NCBI GenBank assembly: GCA_963732935.1
Contig: CAVTBK010000004.1
Coordinates: 258,327-322,326 of the forward strand
Reading direction: 5' to 3'
From: an uncultured Acidobacteriota bacterium
GTDB lineage: Bacteria; Acidobacteriota; Vicinamibacteria; Fen-336
Length of the DNA stretch: 64,000 nucleotides
Below are positions 9,777 through 18,217 of the stretch, in pieces. Made by a program: the position numbers and the translations under genes. The notes under the pieces were generated by a model. The model ran no database searches and was not told the origin of the DNA. It saw nothing but the letters and a program-made list of their open reading frames with translations. Positions within the stretch are counted from its first letter, which is position 1. The number at the start of each line of letters is the position of its first letter.

Positions 9777-9959
9777 TCAATCGCTTCGGGGGCGAGGCGG
9801 CTTCCCCCCGTCGTCTCCACCCGCGACCAGGTCGTGGCGGGCATCGTAGACGCCGTCCATCATCAGCTCGGTGGGCCGCTCGGCCCCGTCCCGGTAGGTC
9901 GCAGCGGTCGCACCGTAGCGCAGGATCCCGAGCTTCCTCAGCAGATCGAACAGGGTCAT
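9777..9959 (-). CDS. Hypothetical 60-aa ORF upstream of pspA
   Basis: MTLFDLLRKLGILRYGATAATYRDGAERPTELMMDGVYDARHDL…; no family recognised and may not be coding. Confidence 0.2.
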   Translation of the reverse strand: MTLFDLLRKLGILRYGATAATYRDGAERPTELMMDGVYDARHDLVAGGDDGGKPPRPRSD

Positions 9960-10048
9960 GGCTCCTCCCCGCGCCGCGGGACGGCGCTCGCCGCGTCGCG
10001 ACGGCGATCATTGCATCGGCCAGGTCCGGCGTGGTACGAGGTGCGGCG

Positions 10049-10879
10049 ATGCCCCTTTCCATCGCCGACAGCGTGGCCCTGAACAATGGCGTGTCGATGC
10101 CGCGGCTGGGGCTCGGCACCTGGCAGTCGGCCGCCGGCCGCGAGGCCGAGCAGGCCGTCACCTGGGCGCTCGAGCTCGGTTACCGCCACGTCGACACGGC
10201 CGCGCTCTACGGCAACGAGGCCGACGTGGGCCGGGCGTTGCGGGCTTCGAGGATCCCCAGGGAGGAGCTGTTCGTCACCACCAAGGTCTGGAACGACGAC
10301 CTGCGCCGGCGGCGGGTCCGGCAGGCGTTCGAGGCGAGCCTCGACAAGCTCGGTCTCGACAGCGTCGATCTCTATCTCGTGCACTGGCCCGTCCCCGGCG
10401 CCTTCGTCGAGGCCTGGAAGGTCCTGGAAGAAATGCTGGCCGAGGGAAAGGCGCGCGCCATCGGCGTGAGCAACTTCCTGGTTCCGCAGCTCGAGACCCT
10501 CCTCTCCGAGGCGCTCGTCGTGCCGGCGGTGAACCAGGTCGAGTGGCATCCCTGGCTGCAGCAGCCGGAGCTGGTCGACTTCTGCCGAGGACACGGGATC
10601 GTGTTCGAGGCCTGGTCACCGCTCATGCAGGGACGCATGGCGGAAGAGCCCCAGCTCGTCCGCGTCGCCGAGAGGCTCGGCCGGAGCCCGGCGCAGGTGG
10701 CCATTCGCTGGGGCCTGCAGCGCGAGGTCGTGATGATCCCGAAGTCGGTGCGGCGGGAACGGATCGCCGAGAACGCGGCGGTCTTCGACTTCGAGCTTTC
10801 CGCGGAGGACATGGCCGCGATCTCCCGCTGCGACCGCAACCAGCGGCTGGGCGCGGACCCGAACGACTTCCGCTTCTGA
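10049..10879 (+). CDS. Aldo/keto reductase (DkgA / 2,5-diketo-D-gluconate-reductase-like)
   Basis: ATG 10049; MPRLGLGTWQ, LGYRHVDTAALYGNE, IGVSNF, VEWHPW, MIPKS. The track embeds it in a 1278-aa artefactual ORF. Confidence 0.9.
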   Translation: MPLSIADSVALNNGVSMPRLGLGTWQSAAGREAEQAVTWALELGYRHVDTAALYGNEADVGRALRASRIPREELFVTTKVWNDDLRRRRVRQAFEASLDKLGLDSVDLYLVHWPVPGAFVEAWKVLEEMLAEGKARAIGVSNFLVPQLETLLSEALVVPAVNQVEWHPWLQQPELVDFCRGHGIVFEAWSPLMQGRMAEEPQLVRVAERLGRSPAQVAIRWGLQREVVMIPKSVRRERIAENAAVFDFELSAEDMAAISRCDRNQRLGADPNDFRF

Positions 10880-10884
10880 GTCGC

Positions 10885-13863
10885 TCAGCGCGCCGGAGCC
10901 GGGATGCTCCGGGCCATGCGCTCGACGTACCTCTGCAGCTCCGGGTCGATCGGCGCCTGCTCGTCGATGGAGCGAGCGGTGTCGAGGGCGTCCTCGGCCT
11001 CCCGCCACTTGTCCTGGCGGGCGAGCGCGGCCGCCAGCCGCAGCCAGGCGGAGACGTTCGCCGGCTCGAGACGCAGCAGGGCCCGGTGCGCCTGCTCGGC
11101 ACGCGGGTAGTCGCGGCGGTCGAGCGCGATCAGCCCCAACCCCTCCCAGGCGCGGGCGCGCGTGGGATCGACGCGCACGGCCTCGGCCAGCTGGGACTCG
11201 GCTTCTTTCTGTCGGCCCTGCTCGAGCAGGAGCGCGCCGGCGCGTGCGCTGGCGGTCGCGTCGGCGGGGTCGCGACGCTTCGCCGTCTCGAAGGCCCGGA
11301 TCGCGCGCTCGGCCTGTCCCGCCCTCGCGTAGCGCTCACCCAGCCGATCGAAGAAGACCGCGGAGATCGCCCCGCCGGCGGCGAGCAGGGGCTGACCCGC
11401 GATCCGGCCGGTGACGTCGCCGGAGGCACGGCTCAGCGCCTGGTATTGAGCCGCGGCCGAGCGCGCGGCTGCGGCGGGCCGGATCACGTTGCGCCGCGGC
11501 GCCACCAGCTCGAGGTACGGATAGTCGTCCGTGTTGAGCCGGACCCGGGCATGGGGACCGGTCCCGAGCCATCGCTCCATGTCCTTTCGTCCCATGGCCC
11601 AGGTCGCCGCGAGACCGACCGGGTCCTGGAGAACGCGCGTCGAGCGCAGGTCGCCCCCGATCCGCTCGTCACCGAAGGCCTGCTCGAGCCGCGGCCAGTC
11701 GAGCGCGCGGGGCTCAAGGCTGCCGACCAGCAGCAGGTCGGCCCCGAGGTTGCGCGAGCCGTCCTCGCTTTCGGCCGGAGGGACCAGCCAGAGCGAGGCG
11801 TGATCGAAGACGGACAGGAAGGTCCGGAGCTCGACCTTCACGTCCGCGGGCTCGAGATCATAGTAGTGGAACCACTGGCCGAAGACCCCGCCCGGCCGGA
11901 GCGCCGCGCGCGCGGCCAGGTAGAACTCCCGCGTGAAGAGGTTCGAAACCCCGGTGATCCACGGGTTCGAGGGCTCGGAGACGATCACGTCGTAGCCGGC
12001 AGGTCGGCGCAGCAGGTGGTTCCGTCCGTCGGCGAAGATGATGCGGAAGCGCGGATCGCTCGCCAGGCCTCCGCTGAGATCGCCGAAGAACCGTGCGGCC
12101 TGCCAGGTCGCGGGCTCGATCTCGACGCACTCGAGCTTCTCGAGAGGGTAGCGCGCGGCCGAGGCTGCGGTGGCGCCCGCGCCCCACCCGATCACGAGCG
12201 CCGTCCGTGGGGCCGGGTGAAGCAGGAGCGGCACGTGCGCGATGAACTTCTGGGTGACCACGTCCTCGCGGCCGCTGCCCGCGTCGGTCTTCCCGTTCAG
12301 GGACAGGAAGCGGCGACCCGGGTGCTCGCGCGACTCCGAGACGGCGACCACCGCCTCCTTTCCCTCCCGGTAGAACAGCAGCGAGCGCTGCTGCCGGAGC
12401 CAGTGCCCGAGCCCGCTCGGCGGGACCAGCCGGTCGCTCCAGTCCAGGCCGTAGCGATAGACGCCGGACGACATCAGCACCGGATCCCAGGGGTGGAAGC
12501 GCGGCACCACGACTCCGAGAGCCGTGGCCAGGAGCGCGAGCGCCGCCAGCCGGAGCGGGCGCCGCGCGCCGGCGCTCTCCAGGAGAGCCAGCAGCGCGCC
12601 CAGCAGCAGCAGGCCGGCAAACACGAGGTACGGCGGCTGGAGGCCGAGCCGGGGTACCAGCCAGAGGCCGGTGACGAGCGCCGCGACCACGGCCGCGATC
12701 GTGTTCCAGGCATAGAGGCGGCCCGCCGCCTGCTGCGAGGCGCCCGGTGCGACGTTCAGCAGGTGCAGGAGCATCGGAAAGGACAGCCCGAGCAGGACCG
12801 TCGTGGGCAGCAGCACGGCGAGGCAGAGAAGGAGGCTCGCCGCCTGGTGCGCGGCGAAGGAGACCGGCAGCAGTCCCAGCAGTCCCAGCCACAGCGACGG
12901 CAGCCGGCCGATCAGCCATTGGCCGGCGAGGATCCCGGCGCCGGCGCCCGCGAAGACCAGGGCGACCGCGCGGGCCGGGCGACCGATCCGGCCCCGCACG
13001 CGCGCGTAGAGCAGCGAGCCGAGGGCGATCCCCAGCAGGACCGCGAGCAGCATGGTGTTGAAGGCGTAGGTCGAGGAGCCGATCACGAGCGCGAGCGAGC
13101 GCGTCCAGACGAGCTCCACTCCGAAGGTGGCCGCGCCCGAGAGGGCGGCGAGCGCGAGGCCGAGGGCCGCCCCCGGGGCGCCGACGGGCGCCGCGGGGGG
13201 CGAAGGGGCGGGAGCCGGCGGCGGCCCCAGCTCTCGCGCGAGCCGCAACGCGACACCGCCCACGAAGAGGCTCGAGGCGGCGGCGGCCACGAGCGTTCCC
13301 CGTACCCCGACCGTCTCCATCAGCACGAAGCCGGCGAGGGCGACGCCGAGGGCGCCGCCCAGGGTATTGAGAAGGTAGAGCCGTCCGAAGCCCGCACGGA
13401 CGTCGGCGCCCGCGCGCTCGAGGAACGCGAGCGCGAGCGGCACGGTGGCGCCCAGCAGGACCGTCGCCGGCAGCAGCACCAGCGCGGAGAGCAGGACGCG
13501 GCCGGCGGCCTCGACGGGAGCGCCGATCGCCGCGCGCGCGACGAGGCCCCCGTAGGCCCAGGGCAGGGCACGCAGCAGCGGCAGGGTCAGAAGAGCGCTG
13601 GCGCCGACCGCCAGCTCGACCCGCGCATAGTCGCGGAGCGGGTCGCGGCTGGGCCGGCGCGCCGCGAGGGCGCTGCCCAGGGCGAGCCCGCCCAGGAAGA
13701 CGGCGAGCACCATCGCCACGGCGGAGGTGGTGTTCCCGAAGATGAGGCCGAACGAGCGCATCCAGAGGGACTCGTAGACGAGAGCCGCGGCACCCGAGAC
13801 GGCCACCAGCAGAGGCAGCAGACGGGCGGCACGGCCGAGCGCGACGTCGGCGGGACGTGTCAT
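10885..13863 (-). CDS. Membrane-fused spermidine synthase-like (PABS fold) protein with C-terminal TPR repeats
   Basis: ~12 TM helices in the N-terminal 450 aa. The central methyltransferase/PABS-like domain carries VIGWGAGATAASAARYPLEKLECVEIEP…DGRNHLLRRPAGYDVIVSEPSNPW. The C-terminal ~200 aa are TPR-like. Confidence 0.85.
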   Translation of the reverse strand: MTRPADVALGRAARLLPLLVAVSGAAALVYESLWMRSFGLIFGNTTSAVAMVLAVFLGGLALGSALAARRPSRDPLRDYARVELAVGASALLTLPLLRALPWAYGGLVARAAIGAPVEAAGRVLLSALVLLPATVLLGATVPLALAFLERAGADVRAGFGRLYLLNTLGGALGVALAGFVLMETVGVRGTLVAAAASSLFVGGVALRLARELGPPPAPAPSPPAAPVGAPGAALGLALAALSGAATFGVELVWTRSLALVIGSSTYAFNTMLLAVLLGIALGSLLYARVRGRIGRPARAVALVFAGAGAGILAGQWLIGRLPSLWLGLLGLLPVSFAAHQAASLLLCLAVLLPTTVLLGLSFPMLLHLLNVAPGASQQAAGRLYAWNTIAAVVAALVTGLWLVPRLGLQPPYLVFAGLLLLGALLALLESAGARRPLRLAALALLATALGVVVPRFHPWDPVLMSSGVYRYGLDWSDRLVPPSGLGHWLRQQRSLLFYREGKEAVVAVSESREHPGRRFLSLNGKTDAGSGREDVVTQKFIAHVPLLLHPAPRTALVIGWGAGATAASAARYPLEKLECVEIEPATWQAARFFGDLSGGLASDPRFRIIFADGRNHLLRRPAGYDVIVSEPSNPWITGVSNLFTREFYLAARAALRPGGVFGQWFHYYDLEPADVKVELRTFLSVFDHASLWLVPPAESEDGSRNLGADLLLVGSLEPRALDWPRLEQAFGDERIGGDLRSTRVLQDPVGLAATWAMGRKDMERWLGTGPHARVRLNTDDYPYLELVAPRRNVIRPAAAARSAAAQYQALSRASGDVTGRIAGQPLLAAGGAISAVFFDRLGERYARAGQAERAIRAFETAKRRDPADATASARAGALLLEQGRQKEAESQLAEAVRVDPTRARAWEGLGLIALDRRDYPRAEQAHRALLRLEPANVSAWLRLAAALARQDKWREAEDALDTARSIDEQAPIDPELQRYVERMARSIPAPAR

Positions 13864-13905
13864 GGCACGTCGGCCAATCTAGCATTTCGCTATGATCGAG
13901 TCTTC

Positions 13906-14475
13906 ATGACCGCCACCTGGCGAGAGGCGCTGGTCGCCTCGCTGGAGAGGCTCGTTCCTTCCGACCCGGAGGAGGAGCGCGACCGCGCCCGGATCCTCGC
14001 CTTCCTGTGCGAGCACCCGCAGCCCTTCGACCGCGCCATCGCCGAGGGCCACCTGACCGGTTCCGCGATCACCGTCTCGGCCGACGGCGCGCGGGTCCTC
14101 CTGCTCCACCATCGCAAGCTCGAGCGTTGGCTCCAGCCCGGCGGGCACGGCGATCCCGGCGAGACGAGCGGCGAGGAGGTGGCTCTCCGCGAGGCGCGCG
14201 AGGAGACGGGCATCGAGGGACTCGGCCTGCATCATTCGGCACCGCGGCCGCTCGACGTCGACGTCCACGCGATCCCCGCCCGCGGCGCGGAGCCGGCCCA
14301 TGCGCACCTGGACCTGCGCTACCTGGTGGTGGCTCCGGAGGGTGCCGCGCTCGCGCCCGACCTGGCGGAGCTCAGCGCGATCCGCTGGCTGGCGTGGGAC
14401 GAGACGGACGCGCTGGGGCTCGACCGGGGGCTGAGGCGCGCGCTCGCGAAGGCGCGGGCGATCGTGGGACACTAG
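13906..14475 (+). CDS. NUDIX hydrolase
   Basis: ATG 13906; Nudix box GGHGDPGETSGEEVALREAREETGIE. Confidence 0.85.
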   Translation: MTATWREALVASLERLVPSDPEEERDRARILAFLCEHPQPFDRAIAEGHLTGSAITVSADGARVLLLHHRKLERWLQPGGHGDPGETSGEEVALREAREETGIEGLGLHHSAPRPLDVDVHAIPARGAEPAHAHLDLRYLVVAPEGAALAPDLAELSAIRWLAWDETDALGLDRGLRRALAKARAIVGH

Positions 14476-14486
14476 TGGGGACCCGG

Positions 14487-15389
14487 ATGCGCCTCTTCCT
14501 GGCTGTTCTGGCCACTCTCCTGCCCGCTCCGCTCCTGCGCTCTCAGTCGGTGGCCCTGACCTTCGACGACGGTCCACGGCTCGACCAGCAGGTGCGGATG
14601 GACGCGGCCGGCAAGAACCGAGCGATCCTGGCAGCCCTGAGGGGGGCGAAAGTCTCCTCGGTACTCTTCGTGGCAGGCAGGCGGGTGGACTCGCCCGAGG
14701 GGCTCGCCCTCACCAGGGCGTGGGGCGAGGACGGGCACCGTATCGCGAACCACAGCTATGCACATCGCTATTTCCACAGCGAGGCCGCTACGCTGGCCGG
14801 CTTCGAGACGGACCTGCTGAAGAACGAAGACCTCCTCCAGGGCCTGCCGAACTACACGAGGTGGTTCCGGTTTCCATTCCTGAAGGAGGGGGACACCGCC
14901 GCCAAGCGTGACGGAGCGCGCGCCTTCCTGGCGGCTCATGGCTACCGCAACGGACACGTCAGCATCGACGCCAGCGACTGGTACTACGACCAACGCCTCC
15001 AGGTCCGGCTGGGCCAGGAGCCGAACGCGGATCTCGGCCCGTACCGCAAGGCCTACCTCGACCACCTCTGGGACCGCGCGCAGTACTACCAGGGGTTGGC
15101 CAGGGCCGTCCTGGGCCGGGACGTGAAGCACGTTCTGCTGCTGCACCACAACCTGGTCAACGCGCTCTTTCTGCCCGACGTGATCCGTATGTTCCGGGGC
15201 AAGGGATGGACGATCGTCTCTCCGTCGGAAGCGTACGACGACCCCGTGTACCGCCTCGAGCCCGACGTGCTGCCGGCGGGAGAGAGCCTGCTGTGGTCCC
15301 TGGCCAAGGAGAAGGGCATCCCGGGTCTGCGCTACCCCGGCGAGGACGAGCGCTACGAGAAGCCGCTCGTGGATGCCCTGGGGCTGTGA
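14487..15389 (+). CDS. Polysaccharide deacetylase (CE4 / NodB) with signal peptide
   Basis: ATG 14487; signal peptide MRLFLAVLATLLPAPLLRSQ; NodB motifs TFDDGP and NHSYAHRYF. Confidence 0.85.
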   Translation: MRLFLAVLATLLPAPLLRSQSVALTFDDGPRLDQQVRMDAAGKNRAILAALRGAKVSSVLFVAGRRVDSPEGLALTRAWGEDGHRIANHSYAHRYFHSEAATLAGFETDLLKNEDLLQGLPNYTRWFRFPFLKEGDTAAKRDGARAFLAAHGYRNGHVSIDASDWYYDQRLQVRLGQEPNADLGPYRKAYLDHLWDRAQYYQGLARAVLGRDVKHVLLLHHNLVNALFLPDVIRMFRGKGWTIVSPSEAYDDPVYRLEPDVLPAGESLLWSLAKEKGIPGLRYPGEDERYEKPLVDALGL

Positions 15390-15393
15390 GGCC

Positions 15394-16734
15394 TCACGGG
15401 CCGGGTGCAGGTGGACTGGCGGTCTGCGACCCTTCCTCCTTGGAGTCGGTTCCCCGCACGCCGATGGTCCGGGCCTTCTGTGCCTGGATCAGCCTGTCGT
15501 GGATCTCCTGGTGCTGCCGGGCCTTCTCGGCGTCGCCGCTCCTCTGGTAGGCGATCGCCAGCTGGTACTGACCCCGGATGGAGGTCGGGGACTGCTCGAC
15601 GAGCCGGGTGAGGTGCTGGACCGCCTGGTCGTAGCGGCCGGCCCGGTTCTCGAGCATCCCGGAGTAGAGCAAGGTCTCGGGATCGTCCGGCGCGATCGCC
15701 GCCGCCTTCTGCAGCCAGGAGCCGCAGGCGCGGTCGTCTCCCTTCAGGTAGGCCAGGTAGCCGAGCTTCGCCATGCAGCGGAAGCAGCGCGGGTCGTGCG
15801 CCAGCTCCCGCTCGAGGTGGGTCTTCGCCTCGGCGGTGCGCTTCTGGTCGAGCAGTACCACCCCCAGGGAGTAGTCGGCCAGCGGGTAGTCGGGATCCTG
15901 GCGGACGACCGCCTCGAACTCCTTCCGGGCGGCGTCGAGCTCCCCGGACGAGTAGAGTGCGCCCCCGAGCCGGAGCCGCGCCTCGGTGTTGCTCGGCGCG
16001 TGGGCGACCACCTCCCGGTACGCCTGCGCCGCGAGGCCGTACTGCTCCAACCCGTACAGGCAGTCCGCCGCCACCGTCATGAGCGGCGAGTCGAGGGGCG
16101 GGAACCCGTAGCCGTCGGCCTGGCGCAGGAGCCGCAGGGCCTCGTCCTTCTTGCCGAGTCGCGCGGTAAGCAGGCCCTGGACGAAGAGGACCTCCGCAAC
16201 CCGGCGCTTCAGCTTCTGGTCGTCCGCCGGGGTCAGGGTCTTCGAGGACGCGTCCCGCAGGCTCTCCTGGACCCGCCTGGCGACCCGGCTCCACTGGGTG
16301 CGGGCCTCGTCGAGCCGGCCCCGGCCGAGCAGACAGTAGCTGGCGTCCAGTGCGAACCGCTCGTCGGTGTCCAGCTCCGGCTCGAGCCGACCGAGCAGAG
16401 CGGTGGCCGAGGCGGAGTCGCGGGCGGCCAGGTACGAGTCGAGCAGCGCCAGCTGGACGTCGTGTCGCTTCGGGAACCGGCGGGCGGCCGCATCGAGCAG
16501 GCGCCGCGCCTCGGGGCTCGCGTTGTCCTGTGCGTAGAGCCGCAGGCCCAGCTCCATCGCCACCTGAGGATCGTCGGGGTGGGCGCGCTCCGCCGCCCGC
16601 AGCCGCGACAGGGCCTCGTCGCTGGTCGCCCGCGGGGCCGTGGCCCCGCCGACGGGCAGACCCAGCACGAGGAGCAGGACCCCGGCCGTCAACGCTTCAG
16701 CTCCACGACTTGTCGCACCTGGACCTCCCGGCAA
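15394..16734 (-). CDS. Secreted TPR-repeat protein, paralogue of the 58258-59316 gene
   Basis: Signal-peptide-like N-terminus and TPR-like repeats. Shares LRQADGYGFPPLDSPLM, ...DPRC..C..LG..AYL.GDD..C.SWL.KAAA..P.D and QYQLAIAYQR.GD..KAR.H..I.DRLI..QKART.GVRG with the second TPR gene. Confidence 0.8.
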   Translation of the reverse strand: MPGGPGATSRGAEALTAGVLLLVLGLPVGGATAPRATSDEALSRLRAAERAHPDDPQVAMELGLRLYAQDNASPEARRLLDAAARRFPKRHDVQLALLDSYLAARDSASATALLGRLEPELDTDERFALDASYCLLGRGRLDEARTQWSRVARRVQESLRDASSKTLTPADDQKLKRRVAEVLFVQGLLTARLGKKDEALRLLRQADGYGFPPLDSPLMTVAADCLYGLEQYGLAAQAYREVVAHAPSNTEARLRLGGALYSSGELDAARKEFEAVVRQDPDYPLADYSLGVVLLDQKRTAEAKTHLERELAHDPRCFRCMAKLGYLAYLKGDDRACGSWLQKAAAIAPDDPETLLYSGMLENRAGRYDQAVQHLTRLVEQSPTSIRGQYQLAIAYQRSGDAEKARQHQEIHDRLIQAQKARTIGVRGTDSKEEGSQTASPPAPGP

Positions 16735-16861
16735 CGCTCTTTCGACCTGGCGGAGACTACTCCGCGTGAGCGGGCGCGATCAAGCAGCCGCTCGTCCGCT
16801 CGAGCCCGCTCGCGCCTCACCCCTCGCGGCCCAGGTCGTGCCCCAGATCAGCGTGAGGATC

Positions 16862-18166
16862 CTACGGGCGCTCCTTCACGATCTCGCCGCCCTTCATGAC
16901 GAAGAACACCTTCTCGGTCGCGCGAACGTCCTGCAGCGGATCCCCGGGGACTGCGACGAGATCAGCCAGCTTCCCCTTCTCGAGGGTGCCACGGCTGTCG
17001 GCCACTCCGAGCAGGTCCGATGCACCCGCCGTGGCCGCAAGCAGGGCCTGGGCCGGCGTCATGCCGTTCTTCACCATCAAGGCGAACTCGCGGGCGTCCT
17101 CGCCGTGAGGCTCGACCCCCGAGTCCGTGCCGAAGGCGACCTTGACGCCGATCCGCACGGCGTGCTGGAACATCTGCTGCATGCGGGCGGCCGCGGCGCG
17201 CGCCTTGTCGGCGATCGCCGGAGGGTATTCGTCCGCCTTCTCGCCGACCCACTCGCCGGCGAAGAGTGTCGGCACCAGGTAGACCCCCTTCGCCTTCATG
17301 AGCTCCAGGGTGTCATCCTCGAGGAAGGTCCCGTGCTCGATGGAGTCGACACCGGCCTGGATCGCCATCTTCGCGGCGGCGTCTCCGTGGCAGTGGGCAG
17401 CCGCCTTCCGGTGCCAGGCATGGGCTTCCGAGACGATCGCGTCCATCTCGGCCTGGCTCAGCTCCGGCACGTCCACCGGATCGGAGAGGGAGAGGACGCC
17501 ACCCGAGGGCATGAACTTGATGACGTCGGCCCCGTACTTGATCTGGTAGCGCACGGCGGCCCGGCACTCGTCGGCGCCGTTGCAGACCCCCTGAATAGGC
17601 CCCGCCGGAAGGACGAGCTGCGGTGGGAAGGGGGCCTGATCGGCGTGACCGCCGGTCGAACCGATCGGGTAGTTGCACACCAGCATCCGGGGCCCCTCGG
17701 CGACGCCCGCGTTGATGGCGTCCCGCAGGCCGAGCGCGATGTAGTCGCTCGAGCCGAGGTCCCGAGCCGTCGTGAAGCCCGCCTCGAGGGTCGCGCGCGC
17801 GTAGCGGGCGCCGTAGAGCGCCTGCTCGGCGGGGAAACGCAGCATGCGGTGGTAGAAGTCGCGATACCACTCGTCGGACATCTGAGCCGACATGTGGACG
17901 TGGGCGTCGATGAACCCCGGTAGCAGCGTTGCGTCCCCGAGGTCGACCACCCGGGCCCCGGAAGGGGCGCTGAGGTTCGCGCCCACCGCGGCGATGCGGT
18001 CCCCCTCGACCAGGACCGTTCCGGGAGCGAGCGGCGTCTCCGAGGTCGAGGTGAAGACGCGGGCCGCCTTGAGGAGGATCGCCGTCGCGGGCTTCTTGGG
18101 GGCGGGTGCCGCAGCGACCGTCGAGGCGGCGAGGGCGGCGGCCAGGGCGAGGGAGAGCTTCCTCAT
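16862..18166 (-). CDS. Amidohydrolase-family metallohydrolase with signal peptide
   Basis: Start at MRKLSLALAAALAAS (ATG 18166). LPGFIDAHVHM metal-binding motif, DVIKFM, HCHGD, FGTDSG, and an EKGKLADLV C-terminal motif typical of the amidohydrolase superfamily. Confidence 0.85.
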   Translation of the reverse strand: MRKLSLALAAALAASTVAAAPAPKKPATAILLKAARVFTSTSETPLAPGTVLVEGDRIAAVGANLSAPSGARVVDLGDATLLPGFIDAHVHMSAQMSDEWYRDFYHRMLRFPAEQALYGARYARATLEAGFTTARDLGSSDYIALGLRDAINAGVAEGPRMLVCNYPIGSTGGHADQAPFPPQLVLPAGPIQGVCNGADECRAAVRYQIKYGADVIKFMPSGGVLSLSDPVDVPELSQAEMDAIVSEAHAWHRKAAAHCHGDAAAKMAIQAGVDSIEHGTFLEDDTLELMKAKGVYLVPTLFAGEWVGEKADEYPPAIADKARAAAARMQQMFQHAVRIGVKVAFGTDSGVEPHGEDAREFALMVKNGMTPAQALLAATAGASDLLGVADSRGTLEKGKLADLVAVPGDPLQDVRATEKVFFVMKGGEIVKERP

Positions 18167-18217
18167 GCCATCTCCTTCTTCGAAGTGAGCGCTGGACAAC
18201 GAGTCTAGCACCCGGTG

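Noticed and set aside
7043-14475. Giant plus-strand ORFs 7043-10879 (1278 aa) and 9958-14475 (1505 aa); also 2224-4248, 3980-5563, 10885-13863-overlapping minus ORFs such as 11858-13885
   Set aside because: Only their last ~280 aa (AKR) and ~190 aa (NUDIX) look like protein. The remainder is R/G/P/A-rich nonsense overlapping real genes on the other strand. Long stop-free stretches are expected at this GC content
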